64,000 bases of DNA from Octopus sinensis. Taxonomy: Eukaryota. The stretch spans positions 19,716,001 through 19,780,000 of the forward strand of contig NC_043021.1 in NCBI RefSeq assembly GCF_006345805.1, read 5' to 3'. This document shows, in pieces, positions 51,802-64,000 of this stretch (positions are counted from its first letter, which is position 1; every line of letters starts with the position of its first letter). Both the position numbers and the translations under genes were made by a program. Below the pieces are notes generated by a model, which saw only the letters and a list, made by a program, of their open reading frames with translations, ran no database searches and was not told the origin of the DNA.

Positions 51802-54510
51802 GGTCATAAGAATTTATAAACTTGGACAAAAAGGGAAATAATAGTGATGCAAGCAGTGTCCTTGGTTTTCAAGCTTTCATCAAAACAAACCTGGCCATGC
51901 AGAATATTAACCTGCTTAAAAACAGGTGAGTTGACCTTCAAAATGCCAATCACTACAGAGTGGACTGGATGCCTTTTCACTTAGCACCAGTGCTGGGGAG
52001 GTCACCGAGTAACTTGCAAAATGTGAAATAATAGTTTTAGGAATGGTGAATCTTAAACCAAATAACGCTATAAATAATCCTTTCTACTAATGGCACAAGG
52101 CCTGAAATTTTGATGGGGGAATGGTCAATTACAATGACCCCCAGTGTGTAACTGGTACTTAATTTATCAACTCCGAAAGGATGAAAGGCAAAAATTACAT
52201 GTCAGTCTACTTCATCTTTTGTTAAGACTATAATAGGACCGAGGTAACTCATCCAGAAGTTATACACAAATAAATAGTGCCATATAGGCGCGGGAGTGGC
52301 TGTGTGGTAAGTAGCTTGCTAACCAACCACATGGTTCCGAGTTCAGTCCCACTGCGTGGCATCTTGGGCAAGTGTCTTCTGCTATAGCCTCGGGCCGACT
52401 AAAGCCTTGTGAGTGGATTTGGTAGACGGAAACTGAAAGAAGCCTGTCGTATATATGTATATATATATATATATATGTATGTGTGTCTGTGTTTGTCCCC
52501 CTAGCATTGCTGGTGTGTTTACGTCCCCGTCACTTAGCGGTTCGGCAAAAAGAGACTGATAGAATAAGTACTGGGCTTACAAAGAATAAGTCCCGGGGTC
52601 AATTTGCTCGACTAAAGGCGGTGCTCCAGCATGGCCGCAGTCAAATGACTGAAACAAGTAAAAGAGTAAAAGAGAATATGATGAGTTACCTCGGTCCTAT
52701 ATAGTCTTAACTAAAAATGAATTTGAACTCAGAACGTAAAGACAGACAAAATGCCGCCAAGCATTTTGCCAGGTTGTTGCCTTGCTATAAATAACAGCAT
52801 GTAAACCATCATCATTACCTAGCATCAGTTTTACATGGTACCATGAGTATGATGTTTTGAAGCGAGCTGGCAGAAACGTTAGCATGCCGGGCGAAATGCT
52901 TTGCGGTATTTCGTCTGCTGTTACGTTGTGAGTTCAAATTCCGCCGAGGTCGACTTTGCCTTTCATCCTTTCGGGGTCGATAAATTAAGCACCAGCTACG
53001 CACTGGGGTCAATGTAATTGACTTAATACCTATGTTTGTCCCCTCTATGTTTAGCCCCTTGTGGGTAATAGAGAAATAGGTTTGACTGGAACTTGTAAGC
53101 CAAAGAGTTGCACTGTGCTCCAGTCTGTTTTGGCTTGACTTCTACAGCCGGATACTCATCATCATCATTAACATATGTTGCTCATGCTGACAAGGGTCGA
53201 ACAGTTTAACCAGAGCTGACAAAAGCTGGAGCGATGCACCTGGCTCCAGTCTGATTTGGCCTGGGTTCCATGGCTGGATGCCCTTCCTAATACCAACCAC
53301 TCTGTGCTGGGTGATTCTACATGGCACCGACATGAGTGCTTCTATGTGGCACTGGCATGACTGCTTTTTACAAGTCTTCTTGACCACAGCAAGGTGCTAA
53401 GCATCCCCATCTTTTACGTGTCACTGGCGTGGGTGCCTTTCACATGCCATCAGCTCTGGCCACAACTACAAGATCACTTAGCTTGACGTGTCTCCACAAG
53501 CACAGCAATACTGCCAGAGGTCTTGGTCGCTTGTCATCACCTTTGTGAGACTCAACATCCGAAGATCATATTTCACCACCTCATCTCACGTCTTCCTGGG
53601 TCTACCTCTTCCAAAGGTTCCCTCTGCAGTTAGAGATTGGCACAAACTTAGCTTAGAAAAATGAACCCTTCGACCCTTTTCTATCCAAAAGGGGTTTTTA
53701 ACACAATACTTCCACGCTGTTATTTACTGCTTTATATGCTTCGAGATACACTGTTCCACCCCAAAAATGCATATTATTGTATACTCCACGTCAAGGTCAA
53801 GGCGATACATGATTTAATTAATGAAACAATCTTTCCCGCGAAAATCAATTGAGGTAAAATAAACATTCTGTGCCGTATGAATATGTCCCTCGTTTAAGAA
53901 ACAGATTGGTTTTATTTACATTTGTGAAGAAAAAAAAGATACCCTTCCCCTAAAACAGATTGAAATGCAATAGATCGATACTAGGGTTATAATTGTGGGT
54001 GACAATTTCATATGACACCGCTAGAAAAAACTGCCGTTCAAACCGAAAAGATCCTATTTGTCTGCTAACACTGACAACTGATGTTGGCTTGTTTACGACC
54101 ATGTAAATTATCGGTTCAACAAAAAAGAGACCGATGGAATTAGTACCAGGCTTAGAAAGGGGTCGATTTGTTTTACTAAACCCTTCGAGGCGCTACCCTC
54201 TGATGACTGAGGGGGTTACCCAATTTGGAAATGAGGGAGGTGAGAGAAATATGTGGTGGTGGTGAAAGTGTGCCAAGGTGTTCGCTTATTCTTGAAAGAA
54301 CCCAGAAGCCTCCCCCCCACAACCGACTGCGTTCATTGTTACATCGAAAGATCTTTTCTCCATGGAGAGACCAAAATTAATCAACTACGTTTAGTGAAGC
54401 AAGGGAATTAACTCGTGCCAGGTGCTAGGAACGTTCGTGAGGAGGTCGTAAAATCTTTGCAACACAAACGTCATCATATTTTTTGACAGTTTGTGCGGGT
54501 AAAAAGTGTA

Positions 54511-54984
54511 TACCGTAAATCCTCGAGTATAATCCGCATTTTCCCACCAAAAGGTCAAACTCCCCAGTGCGTACTATATACGAGACTTGGACATTGCTAT
54601 GAAAATTATTTTCTAAGCAATGTCCGAGTCTCTATTTGCATTTTGTGATGTCGGACGTGAAAATACCTTAAGCTAAGCCAGAAAGCAATGAAGTCATAAA
54701 AAAATCATCCATAACTTGCAATAAGCAACATTTATTAAACGTTATTACTGTTATTTCTTTATTTTCTTCAAAGAAAATGCACAAAAAAGCTACACATTTG
54801 CATTATGTTATATATACAATAGTAATAAAGGACGTTACCGTATACATTTTTACAAACCAAGGACGTTATATAGACCTCCTTGACTCAAGTTAGAGAAGGG
54901 GTGCGTATTATACACAAGGTTTAGGTTTTTCAGAGGTACAGACCCCTAAAAACCCCTGCGTATTATACTCAAGGATTTACGGTA
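54511..54984. mobile_element. Tc1/pogo-type MITE, second copy
   Basis: TA|CCGTAAATCCTCGAGTATA ... ATACTCAAGGATTTACGG|TA; body aligns with 44242-44767. Confidence 0.9.
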
Positions 54985-56274
54985 TGCTTAGGCAAAAACA
55001 CACACACAAATACGTGTGTGTGTGTGTGTGATATTTTGGTCTTTCCATGGTGGGAAACAAGATCTTTCGAAATAACAATGGACGAAATAGGGTGTGGGAG
55101 CTTCTTGGCCTTTTCAAAATATGTGTACGTCTTGACACATCTTCACACGATATCTCTCTCTTTTCGAAATGGGAGGTAGCATTTTTTTATTATTTATTTC
55201 GGTCATTCGATTGTGGCCATGCTGGGGCACAGCATGAGTGTTTTAGTAAAACAGTTATATGTGTTTAGATATATAATTATCATCACCATTTAACGGTTCC
55301 GGGTTCAGTCCCACTGCGTGGCACCTTGGGCAAGTGTCTTCTGCTATAGCCCCGGGCCGACCAATGCCTTGCCAGTGGATTTGGTAGACGGAAACTGAAG
55401 AAGCCTGTCGTATATATGTATATATATATGTGTACGTGTTTGTGTGTCTGTGTTTGTCCCCCTAGCATTGCTTGACAACCGATGCTGGTGTATTTACGTC
55501 CCCGTCACTTAGCGGTTTGGCAAAAGAGACCGATAGAATAAGTAAGTACTAGGTTTACAAAGAATAAGTCCCGGGGTCGATTTCCTCGACTACAGGCGGT
55601 GCTCCAGCATGGCCGCCGTCAAATGACTGAAACAAGTAAAAGAGTAAAGAGATTTAACGTCCGTTGTCCATGCTGGCATGAGTTGGACGATTTGACCAGG
55701 GCTGGTGGTAAGCTGAGGGCTGCACCAGACTCTAGTCTGATTTGACATGGTTTCTACGGCGGAATGCCCTTCCTAACGCCAACCACCCCGAGAGTGTAAT
55801 GGGTTCTTTTACGTGCCACCAGCATGGGTGCCAGTTTGCACGACACCCATATCTGTCACAACTACAATTCCACTGGGTTTGATAGGTCTTCTCGAGCACA
55901 TTATATTGCCAAAGGTTTTGCCCATTTGTCATTGCCTCCATGAGGCCCAGCGCTCAATAGGTGTTTTTGACGTGCCACTGGCATGGGTGCTAGTTACGCG
56001 ACACCAGTGTCGGCCACATTGCCTCCGTCAGACCCAACGCTCGAAAGATGCTTTTTATGTGCCACCGGCACATATGACAGTTACGGGACCAACAACGGCC
56101 ACGACTATGATTTCATTTGGCTTGACGGGTCCTCTCAAGCACGGCATATCGCCAAAGGTCGCCTATATATATATATACACACACACATATATATACACAC
56201 ATACATATATATATACATACACATATATATATATATACATATACATATATACATACATATATATACATACATAC

Positions 56275-56307
<33 letters not shown>

Positions 56308-56346
56308 CATACATACATATATATATATACATACATACATATATAT

Positions 56347-56377
<31 letters not shown>

Positions 56378-56811
56378 CACACACATACATATATATATAT
56401 ACACACATACATATATATACATATATATACATACATACATATATATACATACACACACACATATATATACATGTCAACCTGGTATGTCGTCGGTTCCGAT
56501 GACGAGGGTTCCAGGCAATCCATTCAACGGAACAGCCTGTTCATGAAATTAACGTGTAACTGGCTGAGTACTCCACAGACACACGCTCCCTCAATGTAAT
56601 TCTCAGGAAGAATCAGTGCAACACTGAATGTAACAACGCTGGTCATTTTTGGCAGCTGCGTGGACTGGAGCAAAGTGAAATAAAGTGTCTTGCTCAAGGA
56701 CACAACATGCCGTCGGGAATTGAACTCAAGACCTTAGGATTGTAAACTGATTACCCTAACCACTAAGCCACGCACATTAGCACGTTTCTATATAAGTATA
56801 TATCTAAAAGC

Positions 56812-57400
56812 AAGGTGGTGAGCTGGCAGAATCGTTAGCACGCCGGGCGAAATGCTTAGCGGTATTTCGTCTGCTGCTACATTCTGAGTTCAAATTCCGC
56901 CGAGGTCGACTTTGCCTTTCATCCTTTCGGGGTCGATTAAATAAGTACCAGTTACTTAATCCGTTTTTCTATCCTTGTTTGTCCTCTCTGTGTTTAGCTC
57001 CTTGTGGGTAGTAAAGAAATTGGTATTTCGTCTGTCTTTACGTTCTGAGTTCAAATTCCACCGAGGTCGTCTTTGCCTTTCATTCTTTCAGGGTCAATCT
57101 AATGAATTGGCCCCCCTCCCCCAAAATTTCGGGCCTTGTGCCTAGAGGAGAAAAGAATGTATATCTAAAGGCAAGGCAGCGAGCTGGCAGAAATGTTAGC
57201 ATGCCGAGCGAAATGCTCACCAGTATTTCGTCTGTCTTGATGTTCTGAGTTCTAATTTCGCCGAGGTCGACTTTGCCTTTCATCCTTTCGGGGTCGATAA
57301 ATTAAGTACCAGCTGTGTACTGGAGTCGATCTAACCAACTGGCTGGGCTCCCACCCCAAAAATTTCGAGCCTTGTGCCTAGAGTAGAAAACGTATATCTT
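56812..57400 (+). mobile_element. tandem cluster of three family B SINEs
   Basis: gagctggcagaa / tctgagttc..attccgccgaggtcg repeated three times. Confidence 0.8.
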
Positions 57401-58126
57401 AAGACACAGGCGTAGCCATATGGTAAGAAATTTGCTTCTTGACTACATGGTCTCAGGTTCAGTTCCACTGTGTGGCACCTTGGGCTGGCCAAAACCTTGT
57501 GAGTGGATTTGGTAGACGGAAATTGAAAGAAGATCGTCGTATATATACATGTATATGTATGTGTGTTACTGTCTACTCCTGGCCTTGACTGCATGTGAGA
57601 GTTGTAAACGAATTTCCCCGTGATGCTAGCAGTGTCCTTGGTTTTAAATCATTTGTGAAAACATGTCTGTCTTTACGTTCTGAGTTCAAATTCAGCCAAG
57701 GTCAACTTTGCCTTTCATCCTTTCAGGGTCGGTGAATTAAGTATCACTTGTGTACTGGGGTCGATCTAATCGACTGCCCTCCTCCCCCAAAACGGATTTG
57801 GTAGACGGAAATTGAAAGAAGATCGTCCTATATATATACATGTATATGTATGCGTGTTACTGTCTACTCCTGACTATGACTGTATGTGATAGTTGTAAAT
57901 GAATTCCACTGTGATGCTAGCAGTGCCATCATCATCATCGTTTAACGTCCATTTTCCGCGCTAGCACGGGTTGGATGGTTCGACCGGGGTCTGGGAAACC
58001 AGGGGCTGCACCAGGCTCCAGTCTGATCTGGCAGTGTTTCTACAGCTGGATGCCCTTCCTAACGCCAACGACTCCGCGAGTGTAGTGGGTGCTTTTTACG
58101 TGCCACCTGCACAGAAAAAGAAAGTG

Positions 58127-58185
58127 TTCCCATGCCGGGAATCGAACCCGGGCCGCCTGGGTGAAAGCCAGGAATCCTAACCACT
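58127..58185 (-). pseudogene. 5'-truncated tRNA-Glu(TTC) copy with 3' trailer, fused to an RTE tail (57928-58114)
   Basis: AGTGGTTAGGATTCCTGGCTTTCACCCAGGCGGCCCGGGTTCGATTCCCGGCATGGGAA corresponds to positions ~14-73 of metazoan tRNA-Glu-UUC. The first 13 nt are absent. No CCA; followed by CACTTTCTTTTT. Confidence 0.9.
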
Positions 58186-58538
58186 CAGTTTTAAATCTTT
58201 CGTGGAAACATGTCTGGCCATGGAGAATATTAACCTGCTTGGAAACAGGTGAGTCACCCTTCCAAACATCAACCGCTTTACCGAGTGGACTGGGCGCTTT
58301 TTACTTAGCACCAACACTGGCGAGGTCTCCAAGTATCCTTCAAAAATTTCGGTTTATTATTTCTGACCATCATAAGTGTGTGGCCATGATGGAGCACCAC
58401 CACGAATTGAGTTAATTTCATTGATCCTAGCATTTTGGTTCTTTTAGTGACATCCTAAGGGGGGACAACTATGTCGGTCAGAAACTATATTTCTGTTCAA
58501 TGCACTGGTTTTTAACTTTTCTCTAAGATTGACACACA

Positions 58539-59200
58539 TACAGGGATTGGACAAAATAATGGAAACACCTCGCATCAGAATTCTGAAAAATTTATAAAAC
58601 CGTCAAAATCTTGTTTATTGAGTTTTGTTTTTTGATTTATTATTTGTGTTGCTAAACATGTTTAGCTAAAATTGCTGTTTCTTTTCAGATATCAGCAGAA
58701 AAAGGTAATTAAAATTCATTAAAATGACAGATCTATTGGACTTTCAAACATGTCAAGTTGTTGGTGCTCGTATGGCAGGCGCTAGCGTAACGAAAACAGC
58801 CAAAATTTTTGGTGTATCAAGAAGTACTGTCTCGAAAGTAATGGCAGCCTTTGAGAAAGAGGGAAAAACCTATTCGTCAAAACAAAACTCCGGAAGAAAA
58901 CCAAAACTTTCAGATAGGGACTGTCGGACTCTTATGCAAATTGGTAGAAAGGATCACAAAAGTACAGCTCCCAAAATCACTGCAGAGCTTAATAAAACCT
59001 ACAGAATTTGTCCCTATAGCAGTGGAAGAATGTTATTTTCTTGGACGAGTCATCCTTTACCTTATTTCTGACCACTGGTCGAGTATGTGTGCATTTGACC
59101 CAGACTGCCTTCTTCCAACTGTTAAACATGGAGGAGAATCTGTGAGGATTGGGGACCAATGGTTTCCCTTCATGGTAGAATTAATAGTCAAATTCAAATA
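58539..59200 (+). mobile_element. Tc1-like transposon, 5' part with decayed transposase
   Basis: TA|CAGGGATTGGACAAAATAATGGAAACACC terminus. ORF 58724-59071 has a paired-like HTH (GASVTKTAKIFGVSRSTVSKV) and SGRKPKLS. Frameshifted VIFLDES and TVKHGGESV follow. Confidence 0.9.
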
Positions 59201-59312
59201 ATACATTCACAAATTTTATTTGACAAATTCCAACGAAGAAATAAAAAGATTCTTTCCCAAAATTCCGACTGTCTTTTCTCAATATTTAATACTCTATACA
59301 TACATACATACA

Positions 59313-59352
<40 letters not shown>

Positions 59353-60886
59353 CCAGGGACTGCCACTCTAGAATTGGACTGTTCAGTCACAGCAGACGCT
59401 GCTCATCATCAAAGTAGGCCCCACCCTTGGCGCTACCCATTGTCTATCAGGACAGATGGGGAATGTGAGAGATGAGAGAGATATATGGGTGCAGGAGTGG
59501 CTGTGTGGTAAGTAGCTTGCTTACCAACAACATGGTTCCGGGTTCAGTCCCACTGCATGGCACCTTGGACAGAAGCCTGTCACATATATCATCATCATCA
59601 TCGTTTAATGTCCGCTTTCCATGATAATGTGTTGTGTGTGTTTACGTTCCCGTAACTTAGAAAGAATAAGTCCTGGGGTCAATTTGCTAGATTAAAGGCG
59701 GTGCTCCAGCATGGCCACAGTCAAATGACTGAAACAAGTAAAGAAAAAGAGTATATATAGACAGATAGAGAGGCGCTGGCATGGCTGTGTGGTAAGAAGC
59801 TTGTTCGCCAACCACATGGTTCCAGGTTCAGTCCTACTGCATGGCATATCAGGCAAGTGCCTTCTACTATAGCCTTGGGCTGACCAAAGCCTTGTGAGTG
59901 AGTTTAGTAGATGGAAACTGAAAGAAGCTCGTCGTATATATGAATATGTATATATGTGTGTGTGTGTTTGTCCTTCCCTCTGTCGCTTGACAACTGGTGT
60001 TGGTGTGTTTACGTCCCCCGTAACTTAGTGGTTCTGCAAAAGAGACCAACAGAATAAGTACCAGGCTTACAAAGGATCGGCCCTGGAGTTGATTTGTTGG
60101 ACTAAAACCACCTCAAGGCGGTGCTCCAGCATGGCTGCAGTCAAATGACTGAAACCAGAAAAAGAATAATGTCGGCCTTCCATGCTGGCATGGGTGGGAC
60201 AGTTTGACAAGAGCCAACCAGGCTGAAGCCTGCACCAGTCCTCTGTAACTGTTTTGGCAAGGCTTTTACAGCTGGATGCCCTTCCTAAACACCAATTACT
60301 CAGCAGAGTGGACTTCGTGCTTTTTACGTGGCACAAGCACAGGGGAGGTCAGTTTTGGCAAGCCTTTACAGCTGGATGCCCTTCCTAACGCCAACCACTC
60401 AGAAGAGTGGACTTAGCGCTTCTTACATGGCTCCTGCATTAACAGCGTCACCAAGTACTTGCAAAGAAAAAAAAAAGCTTCAGCAAGTAGAATAGCTCTT
60501 GATCAGGTAAGAGAGTAAAGATAATGTTATAATAAAGACCACAAGTTTTGTTGAAGACAGCTACCTAGGGTTTCCTGGTCAAAACATTATAACACATCAT
60601 CATCATCGTTTAACGTCTGCTTTCCATGCTAGCATGGGTTGGACGGTTCAACTGGGGTCTGGGAAGCCAGAAGGCTGCACCAGGCCCAGTCAGATCTGGC
60701 AGTGTTTCTACAGCTGGATGCCCTTCCTAACGCCAACCATTCCGTGAGTGTAGTGGGTGCTTTTTACGTGTCACTGACACAGGTGCCAGACGAGGCTGGC
60801 GAACGGCCATGCTCGGATGGTGCTTTTTACGTGGAGGCCAGGTGAGATAATATCAAGTGAGATGGCAGAATCGTTAGCATGCCAGA

Positions 60887-61348
60887 CAATATGCCAATAC
60901 ACACAGATAGAGAAATTAAGGCCAACAGACCAGATATAGTTGTCAGAGATTATGAAGAAAAAAAATGCTTTCTAATTGATGTATCAATACTGGCAGATGA
61001 CAACGTGTCTCTAAAAGAAATGGAGAAACTTTCAAAATACAAAGACCTGGAAATAGAGGTAACTCGAATATGGAATCTAAAAACAGAAACAATCTCTATC
61101 ATAGTAGGTGCATTAGGTATGATAAAAATATATTCTGACAAATACATAACAAAAACACCAGGACTTACAAACACATATAACATACAGAAAATTGCACTAC
61201 TGGGCACTGCACACATCCTATGCAAAACACTTTCAATACAGTAACCATCAGAGCATCACAACACATACCCAAGGCACACAGAGCTGTGCTCGGTAGTGAA
61301 GTGAAAGCACGCTATAAAAATAAAACTACTGAATAATAATAATAATAA
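60887..61348 (+). mobile_element. Dong/R4-clade non-LTR retrotransposon 3' end with restriction-like endonuclease
   Basis: TDREIKANRPDIVV...FLIDVSI...EKLSKYKDL...IIVGALG...IQKIALLGTAHIL* (PD..D..K motif). Short UTR ends at (AAT)n. Confidence 0.88.
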
Positions 61349-61395
61349 ATATCGAAAACTATCGGAATGAGAACCCAGGTTCGAAATTTCCCCAA

Positions 61396-61441
61396 GACAC
61401 CTGATGAAGGCTGGAGGGTATATTAGCCGAAACGTTGTCTT
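61396..61441 (+). ncRNA. minimal hammerhead-like ribozyme (third copy)
   Basis: GACAC-CUGAUGA-A-GGCUG[GAGGGUAUAU]UAGCC-GAAA-CG-UU-GUCUU. Retains the ACGU palindrome; stem I has a mismatch. Confidence 0.55.
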
Positions 61442-61773
61442 AACAACAAACAAGATGAGGACAAATATCCATCAAATGTAAATAATGATGTGATTGTTTA
61501 TTTTTAGAATTACATTATAGGATAGGTGTGAGAGGCCGGATCTACAGTAGAAAACACTTGCCCAAGGTGCCATGCAGTAGAACTGAACTGAGAACTATGT
61601 GGTTGGGAAACAAGCTTCTTACCACACAGCCACACCTGTGCCTATGTAGACCTCCAATTTAATATTTAGCTTGCATGACCCCCCCACCAAAATTTATACA
61701 GATCTCTAGGGGTCACAGGCACCCTCGTTGAGAACCACAAGATTAAGATTAAGAGATTGTAAGAAATCACTTA

Positions 61774-61902
<129 letters not shown>

Positions 61903-63519
61903 TCAAATATCATCATCGTTTAACAAAAGTTTTCCATACTAGCATGGGTTGGATGGTTCAACCGGGGTCTGGGAAGCCAGGAGGCTGCACCAGGCTCCAA
62001 TCTGTTCTGGCAGTGTTTCTACAGCTGGATGCCCTTCCTAATGCCAACCACTCCGTGAGTGTAAATCCTTAAATCCTTAAAAATGTTTTAGCCCGAAGGC
62101 CGCGGCCATGCTGGGGCACCACCGCTGTAGTGGGTGCTTTTTACGTGCCAGGCGAGGCTGGCAACGGCTACAATCAGTTGGTGCTTTTTACGTGCCACCA
62201 GCACGGAAGCCAGTCAAGGTAGCGCTGGCATCAGCCACGTTCGGATGGTGCTTTTTACGTGCCACCGGCACAGGGATCACAATTACAATTCCCACTGATT
62301 TTTGATGTTGATGTACTTGACTCAATAGGTCTCCTCAAGCACAGGGTCGAAACGGTGTTTCTTTACTTGCCACCTGCACAGGAATCAGTCCAGCGGCACT
62401 GGCAACTGCCAGGTACCAGTCGTAGGATTGGTTCGATTTCTTATTTCCCCAAAATATTTCCTTCCTTATGATTTCACTGTTAATGCTTTCTCACTCTCCC
62501 CAACCTACCACCACTAACGAACATTTTGTCTCTCTCTGATGAAGGATTCTGCTTGATATTATAAACTTCCTCATGACAAAATAAATTATTCTAATTTGTG
62601 AAGATTTTTGCAATAACTTACAAGGTTGAATTAAACCAATTATACACCCACACATCTTAAGAATTAATGCGTAAAAAAAAATCAAGGAACAACAAATTCT
62701 TCAAAGAATTATTTTCATATGGCCATATAGGCGCAGGAGTGGCTGTGTGGTAAGTGGCTTGCTTACCAACCACATGGTTCCGGGTTCAGTCCCACTGCGT
62801 GGCATCTTGGGCAAGTGTCTTCTGCTAGAGCCCCAGGCCGACCAATGCCTTGTGAGTGGATTTGGTAGACGGAAACTGAAAGAAGCCTGTCGTATATATG
62901 TATGTATATATATATGTATGTGTGTGAATATGTTTGTGTGTCTGTGTTTGTCCCCCCACCATCGCTTGACAACCGATGCTGGTGTGTTTACGTCCTCGTA
63001 ACTTAGCGGTTCGGCAAAAAGAGACCGAGATCGTCGTTTTATAAACACATTCTACCAGTACACGAAGTTTAAAATGTTTTAGTTACCTAGAAATTATGTT
63101 AAAAACTGCCGTTCAAAGCGAAAAGATTCTCAGTCTTTTTTGATAGTCAGGACTAAACTTTTAAAGGCAATGTGTCCTCATTTGTTTATTTTAAAGCGGT
63201 GGAAGGAAGACTGGCTGCTGTTTCTAGCAAGCTAAGCAACACTGGTAAGAGATTCCACGCTGGACTCGCCAAGAAACTCGTTGGTTGTAAATAAAAACGT
63301 GTTTATAGAAAACATTTCCATGTGTTTGATGCGGAGACGTAAGATAAAGGAGATTCTGTGACATTAAACGGAGACGAAGGATAAAATAGAGGAAACTACA
63401 AACCGAAGAAGGCTGGAAATGCTTCTGGAACCGAATAATTTCTTCAAGAACTGAAGATAATTAACAAAAACCTTCGTTAATTTTTCTCTAATTAGTATAA
63501 CGTAGTTAAAGCAACGAGA

Positions 63520-63560
63520 AACAGCGCTTTGTAAACTTCCGGTCATGCGCACTAGACTTC
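63520..63560 (-). promoter_or_regulatory. likely POLR2L core promoter elements
   Basis: ACCGGAAGT (ETS consensus, 63535-63543) next to TGCGCATG (NRF1-like), in a repeat-free stretch 1.7 kb upstream of the ATG. Confidence 0.5.
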
Positions 63561-63697
63561 CATCAGCTAACTCTTGGTTTGTAGTAGATAGAACCTGTTG
63601 GGGATGGTCATCGATGGATTGGATTTAGATGGAATTTTGAAATAGCAGCCTTTCGAAGTTCCATATGTCTCGATAAAAAGAAAACGGGGTACTTTTT

Positions 63698-64000
63698 GGT
63701 AATCTCACTCCGCCCCATTAAAAAATTGCCATTAAAAAAGGGGGTTATCTCCCCACTAAAAACTTGGGTTATCCCCCCTTCCCCGTCAACTCAACAACTT
63801 TGTTTCGTCTTATTTTTTAAACCTGATTGATTTTTCCTGTACAGTAATGAATATCATAAGTCTAAGTGAAATTTGCAAAGACGAAGTATCCATTATTTCT
63901 TTTTTTCAAGAAAAAGGAATTATTCACCAAGAAAGACGATGCAACAACGGCCATCGTATGAATTTCTCAGTTGGAAGTCAAAATCGATGGAGGTGTAGAC
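63698..64000 (+). mobile_element. probable Merlin (IS1016/ISXO2-like) transposon 5' end; ORF from 63847 runs off window
   Basis: MNIISLSEICKDEVSIISFFQEKGIIHQERRCNNGHRMNFSVGSQNRWRCR fits the Merlin N-terminal F.Q..G.....C..GH.M......WRC zinc-ribbon pattern. GGTAA-starting candidate terminus at 63698. Confidence 0.6.

Noticed and set aside
53660-54055. Element ending ctagaaaaaactgccgttcaaaccgaaaagatcc (similar end at ~63088-63129)
   Set aside because: Probably a DNA-transposon terminus, but only one end is visible and the family could not be assigned.
55813-56546. Long ORFs (229, 187, 136 aa) rich in Y/I/H/T, and similar ORFs at 16716-19227 and 38331-38727
   Set aside because: Translations of TA/CA/TACA microsatellites lacking stops; no protein signal.
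58127-58200. Functional tRNA-Glu gene
   Set aside because: The 5' acceptor strand and most of the A box are missing; reported as a chimeric pseudogene instead.

Overview
Repeat-dense eukaryotic (animal) genomic DNA, most likely from an octopus. That is inferred from the SINE/LINE repertoire and heavy TA/CA microsatellite content, not proven. Nearly all ORFs in the supplied track are artefacts of SINEs and microsatellites. Two real genes are visible, both on the minus strand. One is the complete two-exon CDS of POLR2L/RPB10 (61869-61775 + 51099-50991, 67 aa). The other is the first coding exon of BAZ1A/ACF1 (22138-22026); no further BAZ1A exon was found, so the gene probably continues beyond the left edge. 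The rest consists of three tRNA-derived SINE families (here A, B, C), RTE, RTE-X, Dong/R4 and Penelope-like retroelement remnants, Tc1/mariner/maT/Merlin fragments, TTAA-, TA- and hAT-type MITEs, and satellites. Most interesting: (1) minimal type I hammerhead ribozymes in palindromic non-coding elements, including a tRNA-headed SINE-like unit with a hammerhead tail arranged head-to-head; (2) a pre-tRNA-Glu(UUC)/RTE-tail chimera joined exactly at the Pol III terminator; (3) an RTE insertion apparently flanked by a ~150-165 bp target duplication. Repeat boundaries are by eye (about +/-10 bp) and only representative SINE copies are listed.
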